Origin: Bacteroidota bacterium | Lineage (GTDB): Bacteria; Bacteroidota; Bacteroidia; Chitinophagales; Saprospiraceae | Reading direction: 5' to 3' | NCBI GenBank assembly: GCA_039821145.1 | Contig: JBCBOS010000023.1 | Location: 64,609-128,608, forward strand | Length of the DNA: 64,000 nt | Part shown: one piece after another, positions 45,529 to 55,845 of the stretch | Numbering within the stretch: position 1 is the first letter of the stretch | Layout: each line of letters starts with the position of its first letter | The notes under the pieces: generated by a model | What the model saw: the letters and a program-made list of their open reading frames with translations, nothing else | Database searches by the model: none | What the model was told of the DNA's origin: nothing | Made by a program: the position numbers and the translations under genes

Positions 45529-46197
45529 TTGCGCTATTTTGGAGACATGAAGGAAACGATCAAAGCCAGCCGATCCGATCACATCATTGGCTGTGCCAGG
45601 GAAGTGTTTTTCAAAAAAGGATATTCCAAAACGGCGATTTCAGACGTTTGCAAACTGGCGGGCTGCAGCAGAACCACCCTGTACAGCTATTTTGCCTCCA
45701 AGGAAAATCTATACCTGGCGGTTGTCGAGAAGACGTTTCGCAAGTCTTTGGACCATTTTTCCCAACTGGACTTGGACAGTAAGACAGGCTTGGAGCGGGT
45801 CCTGAGCATCGCCACTGGATTTGTGGATTTTGCCCAAAAGATGCCCCAACACTATCAGCTGATGCTGGACTTTTATACCATCCTGAGAAGCATTGGCGAG
45901 GAAACGGGACAAACAGAGGCACAAACCAAGATCGAAGAATCCCCCAATTTTGAAGGTGTCAAGGAGTTGGCCCAACTGCCACTCCAGCTCTTGATAGAGG
46001 AAATCCAACGCGGGCAGGAGGATGGAACCATCAACAAAGATGCCTCTTCCGTGGAGTACATGATGAGCGTTTGGGCCTACCTCAAGGGGATCACAGACGT
46101 ATCACCTTTTGTCAGGAATGTCGCATTTGGCAAAAAACACGAGATTGATCTAGAGCGTTCGATAGAGAGAACCATCCGTGCCTTGTTGAGAAAATGA
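45529..46197 (+). CDS. TetR/AcrR family transcriptional regulator
   Basis: N-terminal HTH 'HIIGCAREVFFKKGYSKTAISDVCKLAGCSRTTLYSYFASKENL'; 222 aa. Confidence 0.8.
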   Translation: MRYFGDMKETIKASRSDHIIGCAREVFFKKGYSKTAISDVCKLAGCSRTTLYSYFASKENLYLAVVEKTFRKSLDHFSQLDLDSKTGLERVLSIATGFVDFAQKMPQHYQLMLDFYTILRSIGEETGQTEAQTKIEESPNFEGVKELAQLPLQLLIEEIQRGQEDGTINKDASSVEYMMSVWAYLKGITDVSPFVRNVAFGKKHEIDLERSIERTIRALLRK

Positions 46198-46231
46198 CCG
46201 CCGCCCCAAACCCGATGCGAAGGAAAACAAG

Positions 46232-46756
46232 ATGCTTGAACAAGGGAGAAAAACTCTTTGCATGATCACCTTTAGAAATGCTGCCATCACCGATTTGGAA
46301 CTGCTCCGTTACTGGGACAGCAAACAGCATGTCATCGACAGTGACCCTGATGATGAATGGGATTGGGAACGCGAACTGGCATACGATCCCGACTGGCGGG
46401 AACAACTGGTTGCAGAGTTGAATGGCGAGCCCATCGGGTTTGTGCAAATCATCGACCCGCATTTGGAAGAAAGCCATTATTGGGGCAGCGTTCCTCCGAC
46501 CAAAAGAGCCATAGACATTTGGATTGGAGAAGAACACCATCTCAACAAGGGCTATGGCACAGAAATGATGCGACTGGCCATCAAAAGATGTTTTGCCAAC
46601 CCAAGTGTAGATGGTATCTTGATCGATCCTTTGAAAACCAATGTCAAAGCACACCGTTTTTATGAAAGACTGGGATTTGTTTTTCAAGAAGAACGATCTT
46701 TCAATGGAACATCGTGTTATGTATTTGAACTGACAAAACAAGTTGCCACTGATTGA
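46232..46756 (+). CDS. GNAT family N-acetyltransferase
   Basis: Acetyl-CoA-binding motif A region 'WIGEEHHLNKGYGTEMMRLAIKRCF' and 'AHRFYERLGFVF'; 174 aa. Confidence 0.7.
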   Translation: MLEQGRKTLCMITFRNAAITDLELLRYWDSKQHVIDSDPDDEWDWERELAYDPDWREQLVAELNGEPIGFVQIIDPHLEESHYWGSVPPTKRAIDIWIGEEHHLNKGYGTEMMRLAIKRCFANPSVDGILIDPLKTNVKAHRFYERLGFVFQEERSFNGTSCYVFELTKQVATD

Positions 46757-46884
46757 TGTAATACCTCAAAGCAACCTATTCACCAAAGACCACTCTTTAA
46801 TCGTACATGTTTTATTTTCATCATCCGACGGAAAGAGCCACAAGCCATCGTTGCCATTCTTTTCGTCACTTATCACAGCATTCC

Positions 46885-48873
46885 ATGAAGAAAATTTCAA
46901 TACTCGCCTTTTTGTTCTGCCTATTGGGAGCCTATGCCAAGGGGCAACCCGCCCAAGACAGCTTGCCAGGAAACACCGCCCTTCCCTCTTCGCAGGAAGA
47001 ACTGGCCCGCATGGCTGCCTTGGACAAAGGCGATTATCCATATTCTGTGGAAGACTATTTTGCCAAGCCAACAAAATCTTATTTTCAAATATCGCCCGAC
47101 GGCAAGCACCTTTCTTTAAAGGAAAAAGACAAAGATGGCAAAAACCACGTCTACGTCAAAAACCTGGAAAGTGGCAAAGTCACCATGATCATTCCAGAAA
47201 AAGACGAACTGGTACAAGGCTATTTCTGGCGCAATCCAAGCAAGCTGCTCTTTGTCAAGGACAAGGGTGGAAATGAAAATTACCACATGTACTCTGTCAA
47301 CATCGACGGGAGTGGACTACGCGACCTCACACCCTTCGAAGGCGTCACCCTGAGTTCGATCGACTTCATCGACAAGGAGCCAGACTATGTCATCGTGGCG
47401 CTCAACAAAAACAATCCCGAAATATTTGAGCCTTTCAAAATCAACATCAATACGGGGGAAATCGAGCGAATCTACGAAAACAGCAATCTCGAAAAACCTG
47501 TAGACGAATTCATTTTGGACCGGGCTGGCGTGCTCAGAGCCATCGTCCAGAAGGTTGGCAATACAGACTATCAAGTCCGATTCAGACGGACGGCCGAGGA
47601 GGAGTTTCAAGAGGTGGTGACCTACAGTTGGCAGGATCAATTCAGCGTTCTGGAAATGCACCAGGAGAACAAAGATTTGGCCTATGTAGCGACAAACATT
47701 GGGAAAGACAAAACCGAGATTGTCCTCTACGACATGACAAAGCGCCAACAGGTCGAAACCCTTTTCCAACATCCAGACTTCGACGCAGACGACCTGACTT
47801 TTTCCAAAAAGAGAAATTTCGAAATCGACTACTTCGAGTATGTGGGAGAGAAAGAGAAAATGATCCCCGTCAGCCCCACCTTCCAAAAACTACATCAAAC
47901 ATGGACAGAGAAGTTTTCTCCCAATCAGTTTTCCGTCGTTGACAGAACCAAGGCAGAGGACAAATTTTTGTTGTACGTCAACAGCGATAAGATTTATGGT
48001 CGCTATTACTTATACGATGTAGCAACAGATGAATTCACTCTCTTGATGGACCTGATGCCCAATTTGAAGGAAGAAGACATGGCGGAAATGCGTCCCATTC
48101 GATTCAAAAGCCGGGATGGGTACAACATCCACGCCTACATCACCTTGCCCAAAGCAGTGGCCAATGGAGAGAAAGTGCCGCTCATCGTCAATCCCCACGG
48201 CGGGCCGTATGGCGTGCGAGACATCTGGGACTTCAATCCGGAGACCCAACTGTTTGCCAGCCGAGGATATGCCACCCTGCAGATCAACTACCGTGGGTCT
48301 GGTGGCTATGGCAAAAAATTCTATTTGGCGGGCAGCAAGCAAATCGGTCGGAAAATGCTGGACGACCTGGAAGACGGTGTCCAGTTCGTTCTCGACCAAG
48401 GATGGATCGACAAGGACAGGATTGCCATCTATGGCGGCAGCTACGGTGGGTTGGCCACATTGGGCAGCTTGATCAAAACTCCTGATCTGTACAAGTGTGG
48501 GGTGGACTATGTCGGGGTGAGCAACTTCTTTACCTTCATCAATTCCTTCCCGGCTTACTGGAAGCCCTATATGGAAGAATTCTACGCCCAATGGTACGAT
48601 CCAGACATTCCCGAAGAGAAAAAGATCATGGAGGAAGTGTCTCCAGCTCTGAACATCGACAAGCTCAACAAACCCGTCTTTGTGGTCCAAGGCGCCAACG
48701 ACCCAAGGGTCAACATCCATGAATCAGACCAGATCGTGGAGCAATTGAGGGCAAAGGGATACGAGGTACCCTACATGGTCAAGTACAACGAGGGACATGG
48801 ATTTTCACATGAAGAAAACCGCATCGAACTCTACAGAAGCATGCTTGGTTTTTTCAAAATGCATCTGCAATAA
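46885..48873 (+). CDS. S9 family serine peptidase, secreted paralog of 12167..14140
   Basis: Signal peptide 'MKKISILAFLFCLLGAYAKGQ'; 'GGSYGGLAT', 'VNPHGGPYGVRD', 'QGANDPRV'; shares 'YPYSVEDYF', 'KDKGGNENY' and the terminal 'VPYMVKYNEGHGF' with the other S9 gene. Confidence 0.85.
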   Translation: MKKISILAFLFCLLGAYAKGQPAQDSLPGNTALPSSQEELARMAALDKGDYPYSVEDYFAKPTKSYFQISPDGKHLSLKEKDKDGKNHVYVKNLESGKVTMIIPEKDELVQGYFWRNPSKLLFVKDKGGNENYHMYSVNIDGSGLRDLTPFEGVTLSSIDFIDKEPDYVIVALNKNNPEIFEPFKININTGEIERIYENSNLEKPVDEFILDRAGVLRAIVQKVGNTDYQVRFRRTAEEEFQEVVTYSWQDQFSVLEMHQENKDLAYVATNIGKDKTEIVLYDMTKRQQVETLFQHPDFDADDLTFSKKRNFEIDYFEYVGEKEKMIPVSPTFQKLHQTWTEKFSPNQFSVVDRTKAEDKFLLYVNSDKIYGRYYLYDVATDEFTLLMDLMPNLKEEDMAEMRPIRFKSRDGYNIHAYITLPKAVANGEKVPLIVNPHGGPYGVRDIWDFNPETQLFASRGYATLQINYRGSGGYGKKFYLAGSKQIGRKMLDDLEDGVQFVLDQGWIDKDRIAIYGGSYGGLATLGSLIKTPDLYKCGVDYVGVSNFFTFINSFPAYWKPYMEEFYAQWYDPDIPEEKKIMEEVSPALNIDKLNKPVFVVQGANDPRVNIHESDQIVEQLRAKGYEVPYMVKYNEGHGFSHEENRIELYRSMLGFFKMHLQ

Positions 48874-48954
48874 GAGTGAGCAAAGCAGCATCCGAAGGGC
48901 TCACAAGAATTGGATCACTCTTGTGGGCCCTTTCCATGTGTAAGAGGCGAGTGT

Positions 48955-49578
48955 TTACTTTTGAGAAGAGGCCAGAGAGGGCGTAGACACAGCTTCTTCT
49001 TTCAACCCACTCAGCAACAAGATTTCCATCTCTTCTTGCAGCACATTTTTGTCTTTGGTCTCCACAATTTTGCGGGGCCGATAGTGCAACCAGCGAAGGG
49101 CCGCCAGGATGGTGTAAAGCACCGTGGAAGGATCAATCCTGCGCAACTGACCTTGGTCGATTCCCTCCTGAATGATGTGGCGCACTTTGGACTCGTACTC
49201 CTTGCGCAAGTCCAAAAACTCGGTGAGGGGTTCAGAGCTGAGATGGCGCCACTCGTCATTGAAAACGATGATGGAGGTGGCATCCTCGGTGGCAATGGAA
49301 ATGTGCAAGCGGATGAGTGCCCGCAACTGATCGATGGGGCCCTGGCCTTGCTGACAGATGGCCACCAAGCCATCCAAGAACTTGTGGGCATTGTTGAAGC
49401 AAATGTCGCGCAGCATTTCTTCTTTGGAGGAATAGTGGCTGTAGAGGCTGGACGCCTGACGCAAGCCTACCCGCTCGGCCAGGCCGCGCATGGAAGTGGC
49501 CTTGTAGCCGTTTTCGTGAAAGAGTCCTGCGGCAGCCTCCAATATGTATTCTTTCTTGGTTTTTTGCGTGTCCGTCAT
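48955..49578 (-). CDS. TetR/AcrR family transcriptional regulator
   Basis: 'KEYILEAAAGLFHENGYKATSMRGLAERVGLRQASSLYSHYSSKEEML'; 207 aa. Confidence 0.8.
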   Translation of the reverse strand: MTDTQKTKKEYILEAAAGLFHENGYKATSMRGLAERVGLRQASSLYSHYSSKEEMLRDICFNNAHKFLDGLVAICQQGQGPIDQLRALIRLHISIATEDATSIIVFNDEWRHLSSEPLTEFLDLRKEYESKVRHIIQEGIDQGQLRRIDPSTVLYTILAALRWLHYRPRKIVETKDKNVLQEEMEILLLSGLKEEAVSTPSLASSQK

Positions 49579-49592
49579 GATGTAGGCAAAAT

Positions 49593-50672
49593 TTAAACGT
49601 CGAAATCCACTACAATTCTCTCACTTCTGGGATGGGCCTGACAAGTCAGAACAAAGCCTGCCTCTACCTCATCGGGTTCCAAGGCATAGTTGACGAGCAT
49701 GTCCACCTTGCCTTCGATGACCTTGGCCTTGCAAGTGCAGCAGACCCCTCCTTTGCAGGCGTAGGGCAGGTCTCCACCCGCTTTTAGGGCTGCATCCAGC
49801 ACGGATTCGCCCGCATATGGCAGCTTGAACTCAAAGCCATCTCCATCGATGATGACTCGTACCCGGCTTTCCTCTTCCGATGACACAGCCACCCCACTGG
49901 CGGCAACAGCCTTTTTCTTGGCAGCTCCTCCGCCCGTTCCAAAGAGTTCAAAATGTATTTTTTGGTCTGTCACGCCCAAATCGCGCAAGCTGTCGCGCAA
50001 GTCGAGCAACATGCTCTCCGGGCCGCAGATGAAGTAGGCTTCTATCTTTGGGGGATCGAAAAACAAATTCGCAAATTTCCTGCATTTCTCCCCGTTGAGC
50101 CGACCATTGAACAAGGGGCTGTCTCTGTCTTCGCGGCTCAGCAGATGGTGAACCGACAGGCGTTCCATGTACAAGTTTTTCAAGTCCTCCAATGCATCGC
50201 GGAAGATGATCGTCTCTTGTGTCTTGTTGGAATAAAAAAGGGTAAAGCGACTCTTTGGCTCCGCTTTCAGCACCGTCTTGAGGATGGACATGATGGGGGT
50301 GATGCCACTGCCTGCTGCAAAGGCCACATACTCGTGCTCGTGATCTGAGTCCATTTCGGTAAAAAACTTTCCCAAGGGCGGCATGGCCTCCAGCTTGTCC
50401 CCTACCTGCAGTTCTTCGTTGACAAAGGTGGAGAACTTTCCATAAGGCACCTGCTTGACAGCCACCCGTAACTCTTCGTCATAGGGGCTGACACAAACGG
50501 AATAGCTCCGACGCACTTCCTCTCCCTTGATGAGTGTCTTGAGGGTGAGGTATTGTCCTTGCTTGAAGCGAAAGGCATCCGCCAGGTCATCGGGCACGTC
50601 GAAGGCCACAGAAACAGCTTCTGGCGTTTCGCGGCGAATGTCTGAGACAGTTAAAGTATGAAACATAGGCAT
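49593..50672 (-). CDS. FAD/NAD(P)-binding ferredoxin reductase with a C-terminal 2Fe-2S ferredoxin domain (PaaE / flavodoxin-reductase family)
   Basis: 'RRSYSV' FAD-binding RxYS motif; 'AFAAGSGITP' NAD-binding motif; C-terminal plant-type ferredoxin cysteines 'CKGGVCCTCKAKV...LTCQAHP'. Start at the internal 'MPMFHTLTVSD'. Confidence 0.75.
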   Translation of the reverse strand: MPMFHTLTVSDIRRETPEAVSVAFDVPDDLADAFRFKQGQYLTLKTLIKGEEVRRSYSVCVSPYDEELRVAVKQVPYGKFSTFVNEELQVGDKLEAMPPLGKFFTEMDSDHEHEYVAFAAGSGITPIMSILKTVLKAEPKSRFTLFYSNKTQETIIFRDALEDLKNLYMERLSVHHLLSREDRDSPLFNGRLNGEKCRKFANLFFDPPKIEAYFICGPESMLLDLRDSLRDLGVTDQKIHFELFGTGGGAAKKKAVAASGVAVSSEEESRVRVIIDGDGFEFKLPYAGESVLDAALKAGGDLPYACKGGVCCTCKAKVIEGKVDMLVNYALEPDEVEAGFVLTCQAHPRSERIVVDFDV

Positions 50673-50877
50673 GTAAAATGAGCGTACAATGTCAAACATC
50701 ACAAAATACGAACGATCATTCGTTTGTGAAAGTTCTACGGCCAAAAAGAAAACCTGCCAGGCAATTTCTTTGGCAAAGGAGTACAATTGGCTTCGCCCAT
50801 GCATTTTGCTGGCCTCCACATTTGCCGTATTGTCCCTATATTTATCATCAGCCCGAACGCAAAAATGGAATGGACAA

Positions 50878-51876
50878 ATGAAACATCTGCTTCTCCCTAT
50901 CTTTCTTCTCATCAATTTTGGTGCATTTGGACAAAACAACTTTCTGTCCCAGATCAACCTCTACGAATTTCAGGATGCGGCATTGGGCAAAGTTGAGGTA
51001 GGCGTGTTCAAATCAGAAAAAAAAGGGCCAAAGCCCTTGGCATTGATCCTCAGTGGCTCTGGTCTGAAACCAACCTTTACCTACAATCTCGCTGACCAAC
51101 AGGTCTATTGCTCAGGATTCTGGGGCTTCACCCGATTCAAGGACGACTACCACATTGCCTACATCAACAAGGCAGGGATTCCCCTCTATGACTCCATCAA
51201 AAACAATGCTTTGCCCTATCCGGTGGATGGGACGGCCATCCAGAACAATACCCTCGATTGGAGAGCTGAATCAGCTTCCTTGGCCATCGATCAATTGATT
51301 GCTCAACTCAATCCAAGCAAAGTCTATGTGATCGGGCACTCGCAGGGCGGACAAGTGGCCCCCAAAGTAGCAGTCCTGAACCAGCATGTCGATAAGGTCG
51401 TCATGATGTCGGCCAATGCACTGGATCACATCTATGACAGGATTCTCCTCGCCAGACAAAAAGCACTCAACCGTTTGATGACACATGAAGAGGCCCAATA
51501 TGTGGTTGACAGCCTCTTTGCCATCCAAAGAGACATCCATCAAAACCCGACAAGCATTGAGAAGGAGTTTTGGGGAGAAGCGTACAGCAAGTGGTACAGC
51601 TATTCCAAAACAACGCCATTGGATCACATGCTCCAATTGGACATCCCCATTTTCCTCATCGCTTCTGGCAGAGATGTAGACGGCTCCTACATTGCAAATA
51701 CGGATTATGCCATGCTCGAATTCATTCGAAAAGGAAAAGGCAATCTGACCTACAAGGTTTACCCAAACTACGATCACATCTACATGGAAACCAAATGGAA
51801 ATTGGGAGAGGAAATTGGCCTCGGGTTCAAAGCCAATGAGGTGATCCAAGATGTGTTTACCTGGCTGCAACAATAA
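50878..51876 (+). CDS. Secreted alpha/beta-hydrolase (esterase/lipase-like)
   Basis: Signal peptide 'MKHLLLPIFLLINFGAFGQ'; nucleophile elbow 'VIGHSQGGQV'; 332 aa from the internal ATG. Confidence 0.7.
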   Translation: MKHLLLPIFLLINFGAFGQNNFLSQINLYEFQDAALGKVEVGVFKSEKKGPKPLALILSGSGLKPTFTYNLADQQVYCSGFWGFTRFKDDYHIAYINKAGIPLYDSIKNNALPYPVDGTAIQNNTLDWRAESASLAIDQLIAQLNPSKVYVIGHSQGGQVAPKVAVLNQHVDKVVMMSANALDHIYDRILLARQKALNRLMTHEEAQYVVDSLFAIQRDIHQNPTSIEKEFWGEAYSKWYSYSKTTPLDHMLQLDIPIFLIASGRDVDGSYIANTDYAMLEFIRKGKGNLTYKVYPNYDHIYMETKWKLGEEIGLGFKANEVIQDVFTWLQQ

Positions 51877-52031
51877 TGTGGAACGACCAAATACGACTTC
51901 ACCTCATGCACCAGCGTATGTCTTCTTTGCTTTCCCTGGAAATCTGAAAATCCCCCTTCTGAAGCAATCCCGATTCGCAAATCCTTTTATTTTGGGTATT
52001 GTTTATATATTCGTGATTTGTTTAATGCCAC

Positions 52032-54881
52032 TTGCGAATGTACAAAGCAGAAGATTGCGGCCTGTTTATCGGATTGACGACCATGCCTTTTGGGCAGGAA
52101 CGCGCTTTCTATGAAAATGAAATCGCGCAGGGCATCTTCCGGCAGTACAAAGAAAGGCTTCAGCAGTTTGGGGACCCGACAGATGAGTCGGAAGCAGCGC
52201 AGGCATTTCACCAATATTTTTACCGCCCCAAAGCCTATCGACTCTTCGGCAATTTCGACTTGGCCGTCCTTTCCCTGGTAGACGATTTTGCCATGAGCAG
52301 CCGGGTGTTTCACCCCTACAGTTCGCTGGCCCAACAGGCGGCAGGCCATCGACCGGGCAGTTTCAAATACCAAACCATCACAGGCCCCGTTCCAGACTTA
52401 TCACACGCTCATCCTGCCAGCCGGGAAGAACACTTGTCGCCCTCTCCACTGATTGGGAGAGCCAAGCGAACCTTTCTGGCCAGCCATCAACAGGAACTGG
52501 CTGCTGATTCGGTCTATCCCTTCATTGGCATTTGCTCTCTCAAGATCAACAATGCCTTGCTCATCGGCGCAGGGGGGCGAAGCGTGCAGCTCGTTTTGCG
52601 GGCCTTGAAAGGGATGCTGGAGCAGAGCGAAGAGTACAAAGAGCAACGCCTGGACTACCTGATCCTGTCCTCCTTTTCCTGGAATGAAATCAATCTGATT
52701 GTATTTTCTGATAGCTACAAATGCATCAGCCGACAAATCCTTCGCGTGCGGGAGTTGGCCCTCCGAGATTTGCAGCATTTCGGCCAAGGCGATTTGTATG
52801 AAAAAACTTGCAGCGACAGCCTGCTGGGACAGTTCATTCGACAAAGAGGGATGGACAAAGAGGGATGGGAGGTAGCAGGGCATCACGTCTTTGTGGAAAC
52901 CCACAGCACATTGGGCTTCGACTTTGACTTGGTTTGTCACCCAGAATGGCTGGAGCAAAGACCAGATCATTTCAAGGAATGGCACGACATCAGTTCCGAT
53001 GACCTCAAGCTCTATCTTCGCTGGCACATCAAACCCGGACACCTGCAGGAAAGCCTTCGGCTGCTTCCACCACAGGCCAAACAGCGGATCGTCATTGGCC
53101 GGGGCGACATCATCCAGCCATTGCCCCAAGCCGACCTGACACAATTGCTGCAACAGCTCAATCAGTTGTCGTCGGAGCAAGCCAATGCATTTCGCCAACA
53201 CATTCGAAAAATCTACACCGTTCCAGAAATCATAGAATCCTCTGACCAGCTCCCTGGCAGCCCCACTTCTCCCCTCCACCTGGCCTTGACAGAAGAGGTA
53301 GGGACCACCTATGCCTTTTCGGTGGAGGAGATTGCAGAAGTTCGCAGGCTGTTGAAGCAGTGCCGGGTCTCCAAGATTTTGCTGGACAAGCTGGTCAATA
53401 TGTATGTCAACTTCAACGATGGCATTCAAGACCCCATCCTATATGGCTATTTCATAGAATTGCGTCCCTTTTTGGAGCACATCCAGCAGGAGGCCACATC
53501 CTTCCAATCTGCAGACAGCCCCTACCAAACGGTGAAGCAACTCAGCGAGGTCCTCCAACGCCTTTGCCAGGCCTTTGAGTTGGCGTACCGCAACCGCTTT
53601 CAGCAGAGTTACATCATGAATGAGATCACTGATTACAATCTGGAATTCAGCGGTGGCATTCAACAACTGGTCAGTGCCTTCGACGGAGCCTTCAAGGGAA
53701 TTTCGACAATTTTGGGATGCAAGGATCGCTTTTTGCCCATCGCCTACATCTCCAGCCATTCTGGCATAGAGTCCGACTTCTACACAGTGAAGCTGAACTA
53801 CTATCATTTGTTCCATCCAGAGTTTTTCGTGGCCGTGGCAACCCATGAGGCGAGCAACTTCTTTTTGGAGCGATTGGATACCGCCTCTGGCAATTTGGAC
53901 GAATACCTCGACCTGCACCGATTGTTCAACGACAAGGTCTATTGCAATGAGCACAGCATCCCCGATGCGGTCTCCTACTTTCCGGTAGACATCATCACCT
54001 ACTATCTGGGCTACAATACCAATGGCGAGTTGTTCAGCTATTGGCACTGGGGCAATTTTGTCTCCACCTCCTTGTATTACAATACGGATGGAAGCATCAA
54101 TGAAAATCTATTTGCCCAGCTCATGCTCCGCATCTTTTTGTTGCTGCAATATCGGAAAGAGGCCGACCAGCTGTCTGCCGACCGCCCCCCTTGTACACTG
54201 CTGGCGGATTGTTGGCGAAAGTACTTTGGTCCCATCACGAGTCTGGCCAAGAGTCTGTTGAACAACCCTCGTTTTCAGATTTGGTATTCTTATTCGGAGA
54301 CGATGGCCAAAGAAGCAGTCATCGACGACTTTACGGGCATCACGGAAAAGCGGCAAGCTGTCGAGGGCATCAATACCCGCGACTACTTTGCCCCCATTTT
54401 CGACGAAGTCTTGCTCAAGCAGCACGATGTGCGGGAGAAGGAGCGCTTTCTCCAACAGTACAGCCAGTTGCAGGAGCGAGAGGTCTTGTTGCTCTTGGGC
54501 CGCCTGGAAGAGATGGAGAATGTCTCCAATGACATGATGGATGCCTTCCGCAAAGGAATCATTTTTGAGCGGCGGGATTTCGATGTGTTGCAATCCAATT
54601 CCTTTCGGATACACAGCTTGTTTTACGCCTATCTCAAATTGCTGAAGCAACTCAATGGCGACCGCTTGGAGGTATTGCCGCGAAATGCCCAGGGGGAGCC
54701 ATCCCATGGAACTTCTTCCGAAAATTGTCTGTTATTTGATGGTATGGGAGGGGTATTCACCCGAAATTTCGCGTTGAGAAGAAGCTATTTCCGATACAGA
54801 TCATTGCTGATCCAATCCCTTTGGCACATAGCGACGAAAAGTAAGATCAAATTGTTTGGAAAGTTTGCCGACGGGCAATGA
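52032..54881 (+). CDS. Large (949 aa) cytoplasmic hypothetical protein of no recognisable family
   Basis: Long uninterrupted ORF with composition typical of the window; no Walker, SIR2, HEPN, nuclease or other motif I can identify; convergent with a small ORF and a TIR-domain gene. Confidence 0.5.
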   Translation: MRMYKAEDCGLFIGLTTMPFGQERAFYENEIAQGIFRQYKERLQQFGDPTDESEAAQAFHQYFYRPKAYRLFGNFDLAVLSLVDDFAMSSRVFHPYSSLAQQAAGHRPGSFKYQTITGPVPDLSHAHPASREEHLSPSPLIGRAKRTFLASHQQELAADSVYPFIGICSLKINNALLIGAGGRSVQLVLRALKGMLEQSEEYKEQRLDYLILSSFSWNEINLIVFSDSYKCISRQILRVRELALRDLQHFGQGDLYEKTCSDSLLGQFIRQRGMDKEGWEVAGHHVFVETHSTLGFDFDLVCHPEWLEQRPDHFKEWHDISSDDLKLYLRWHIKPGHLQESLRLLPPQAKQRIVIGRGDIIQPLPQADLTQLLQQLNQLSSEQANAFRQHIRKIYTVPEIIESSDQLPGSPTSPLHLALTEEVGTTYAFSVEEIAEVRRLLKQCRVSKILLDKLVNMYVNFNDGIQDPILYGYFIELRPFLEHIQQEATSFQSADSPYQTVKQLSEVLQRLCQAFELAYRNRFQQSYIMNEITDYNLEFSGGIQQLVSAFDGAFKGISTILGCKDRFLPIAYISSHSGIESDFYTVKLNYYHLFHPEFFVAVATHEASNFFLERLDTASGNLDEYLDLHRLFNDKVYCNEHSIPDAVSYFPVDIITYYLGYNTNGELFSYWHWGNFVSTSLYYNTDGSINENLFAQLMLRIFLLLQYRKEADQLSADRPPCTLLADCWRKYFGPITSLAKSLLNNPRFQIWYSYSETMAKEAVIDDFTGITEKRQAVEGINTRDYFAPIFDEVLLKQHDVREKERFLQQYSQLQEREVLLLLGRLEEMENVSNDMMDAFRKGIIFERRDFDVLQSNSFRIHSLFYAYLKLLKQLNGDRLEVLPRNAQGEPSHGTSSENCLLFDGMGGVFTRNFALRRSYFRYRSLLIQSLWHIATKSKIKLFGKFADGQ

Positions 54882-54901
54882 TGGATGGGAAGCAGTAAGC
54901 C

Positions 54902-55120
54902 TTACTGTTGTTCCTTTTGAGCGTTTGCATCAATCAAACGAGCCAAGACAGGGTCCTCACTGGTAGAGGCAAAAGACTTGCCCTTCAGTTCACTGCCTTT
55001 GCGCCCTGATACAATTCTGATGTCTTCTATCAGCTCGGAATAGCTTCCGTATCTGACAGAGTTGTGCATGTGTTGGCGCTTTTCGCTTTCAAAAAGTGCT
55101 CTGTTTAAAAACTTGAACAT
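54902..55120 (-). CDS. Possible small protein (72 aa)
   Basis: ORF 'MFKFLNRALFESEKRQHMHNSVRYGSYSELIEDIRIVSGRKGSELKGKSFA...'; 21 nt from the stop of the 949-aa gene; no other support. Confidence 0.25.
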   Translation of the reverse strand: MFKFLNRALFESEKRQHMHNSVRYGSYSELIEDIRIVSGRKGSELKGKSFASTSEDPVLARLIDANAQKEQQ

Positions 55121-55341
55121 GAGATTCCTCCTGCTTTTCTAAAAAAATGGTTCCATATACAACTATGGGAATCTATCCAAAGATAGATTTTTTGCCCCAA
55201 AAGCGAAAGTATATTTCTACTTTTTATTGATAATCAGACTCTTATGAAAAATATTCCTAATATCACTGTGGTCTCCATTTCAACAGCATTGCGGAAAAAA
55301 TAGTTTGGTACGAGCCTGACAAAGCCCCGCTTTAACAAATT

Positions 55342-55845
55342 TTAACCATCCTTTTGCCCCTTGGACAACAGATTGTAGATTCTCTGTACCACCTGTGTCC
55401 AGGCATCGTCCTTGAATTCTCCCCAGCGATTGACGGGCCGGAGGCGACGGTTTTCGTCTTTGGGCAGGATGTTGAGCTTGGACAGATCGTGAACTTCGTA
55501 GAGGAAATTGCGGATGAGGACCGGGACGACGGCAACATCGTCAGTGGGGTCGGCATGTCGGCGGAGGGCCAGAGGCATTTCAACGCTTCGGATGAATTCG
55601 GAGGAGATGTAGTCAGCACTGATGAGGAGAACGATGATGTCGGATTTGACCAGGCGGGTATTGATTTCTTTTTCCCAATCGGCACCGGGCGCCAGCATTT
55701 CATCGTACCACAAATCGACCAGACCTGAATCGACCAATACAGAGCAATGCTTGCAGAACTCCGCGCAGTAGTCCGCATCTACCCGGGTGTAGGATACAAA
55801 CAATTGTGGGATGGATTTTGAATCTGCTACTTTGCCGTCGGTCAT
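55342..55845 (-). CDS. TIR-domain protein (stand-alone TIR, ThsB-like size)
   Basis: 'PQLFVSYTRVDADYCAEF' is the βA 'F(I/V)SY' start, and 'DIIVLLISADYISSEFIRSVEMPLAL' matches the SxxYxxSxW(C)xxE αC motif of bacterial TIRs; 167 aa from the internal ATG (MTDGKVAD...). Confidence 0.75.
   Translation of the reverse strand: MTDGKVADSKSIPQLFVSYTRVDADYCAEFCKHCSVLVDSGLVDLWYDEMLAPGADWEKEINTRLVKSDIIVLLISADYISSEFIRSVEMPLALRRHADPTDDVAVVPVLIRNFLYEVHDLSKLNILPKDENRRLRPVNRWGEFKDDAWTQVVQRIYNLLSKGQKDG

Noticed and set aside
52401-54707. Several 200-340-aa minus-strand ORFs antisense to the 949-aa hypothetical gene
   Set aside because: Given that the sense product is itself unknown, I considered whether the real gene is on the minus strand. 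The + ORF is a single uninterrupted 2850-nt frame, whereas the minus ORFs are fragmented into three pieces, so the + strand is far more likely to be coding.
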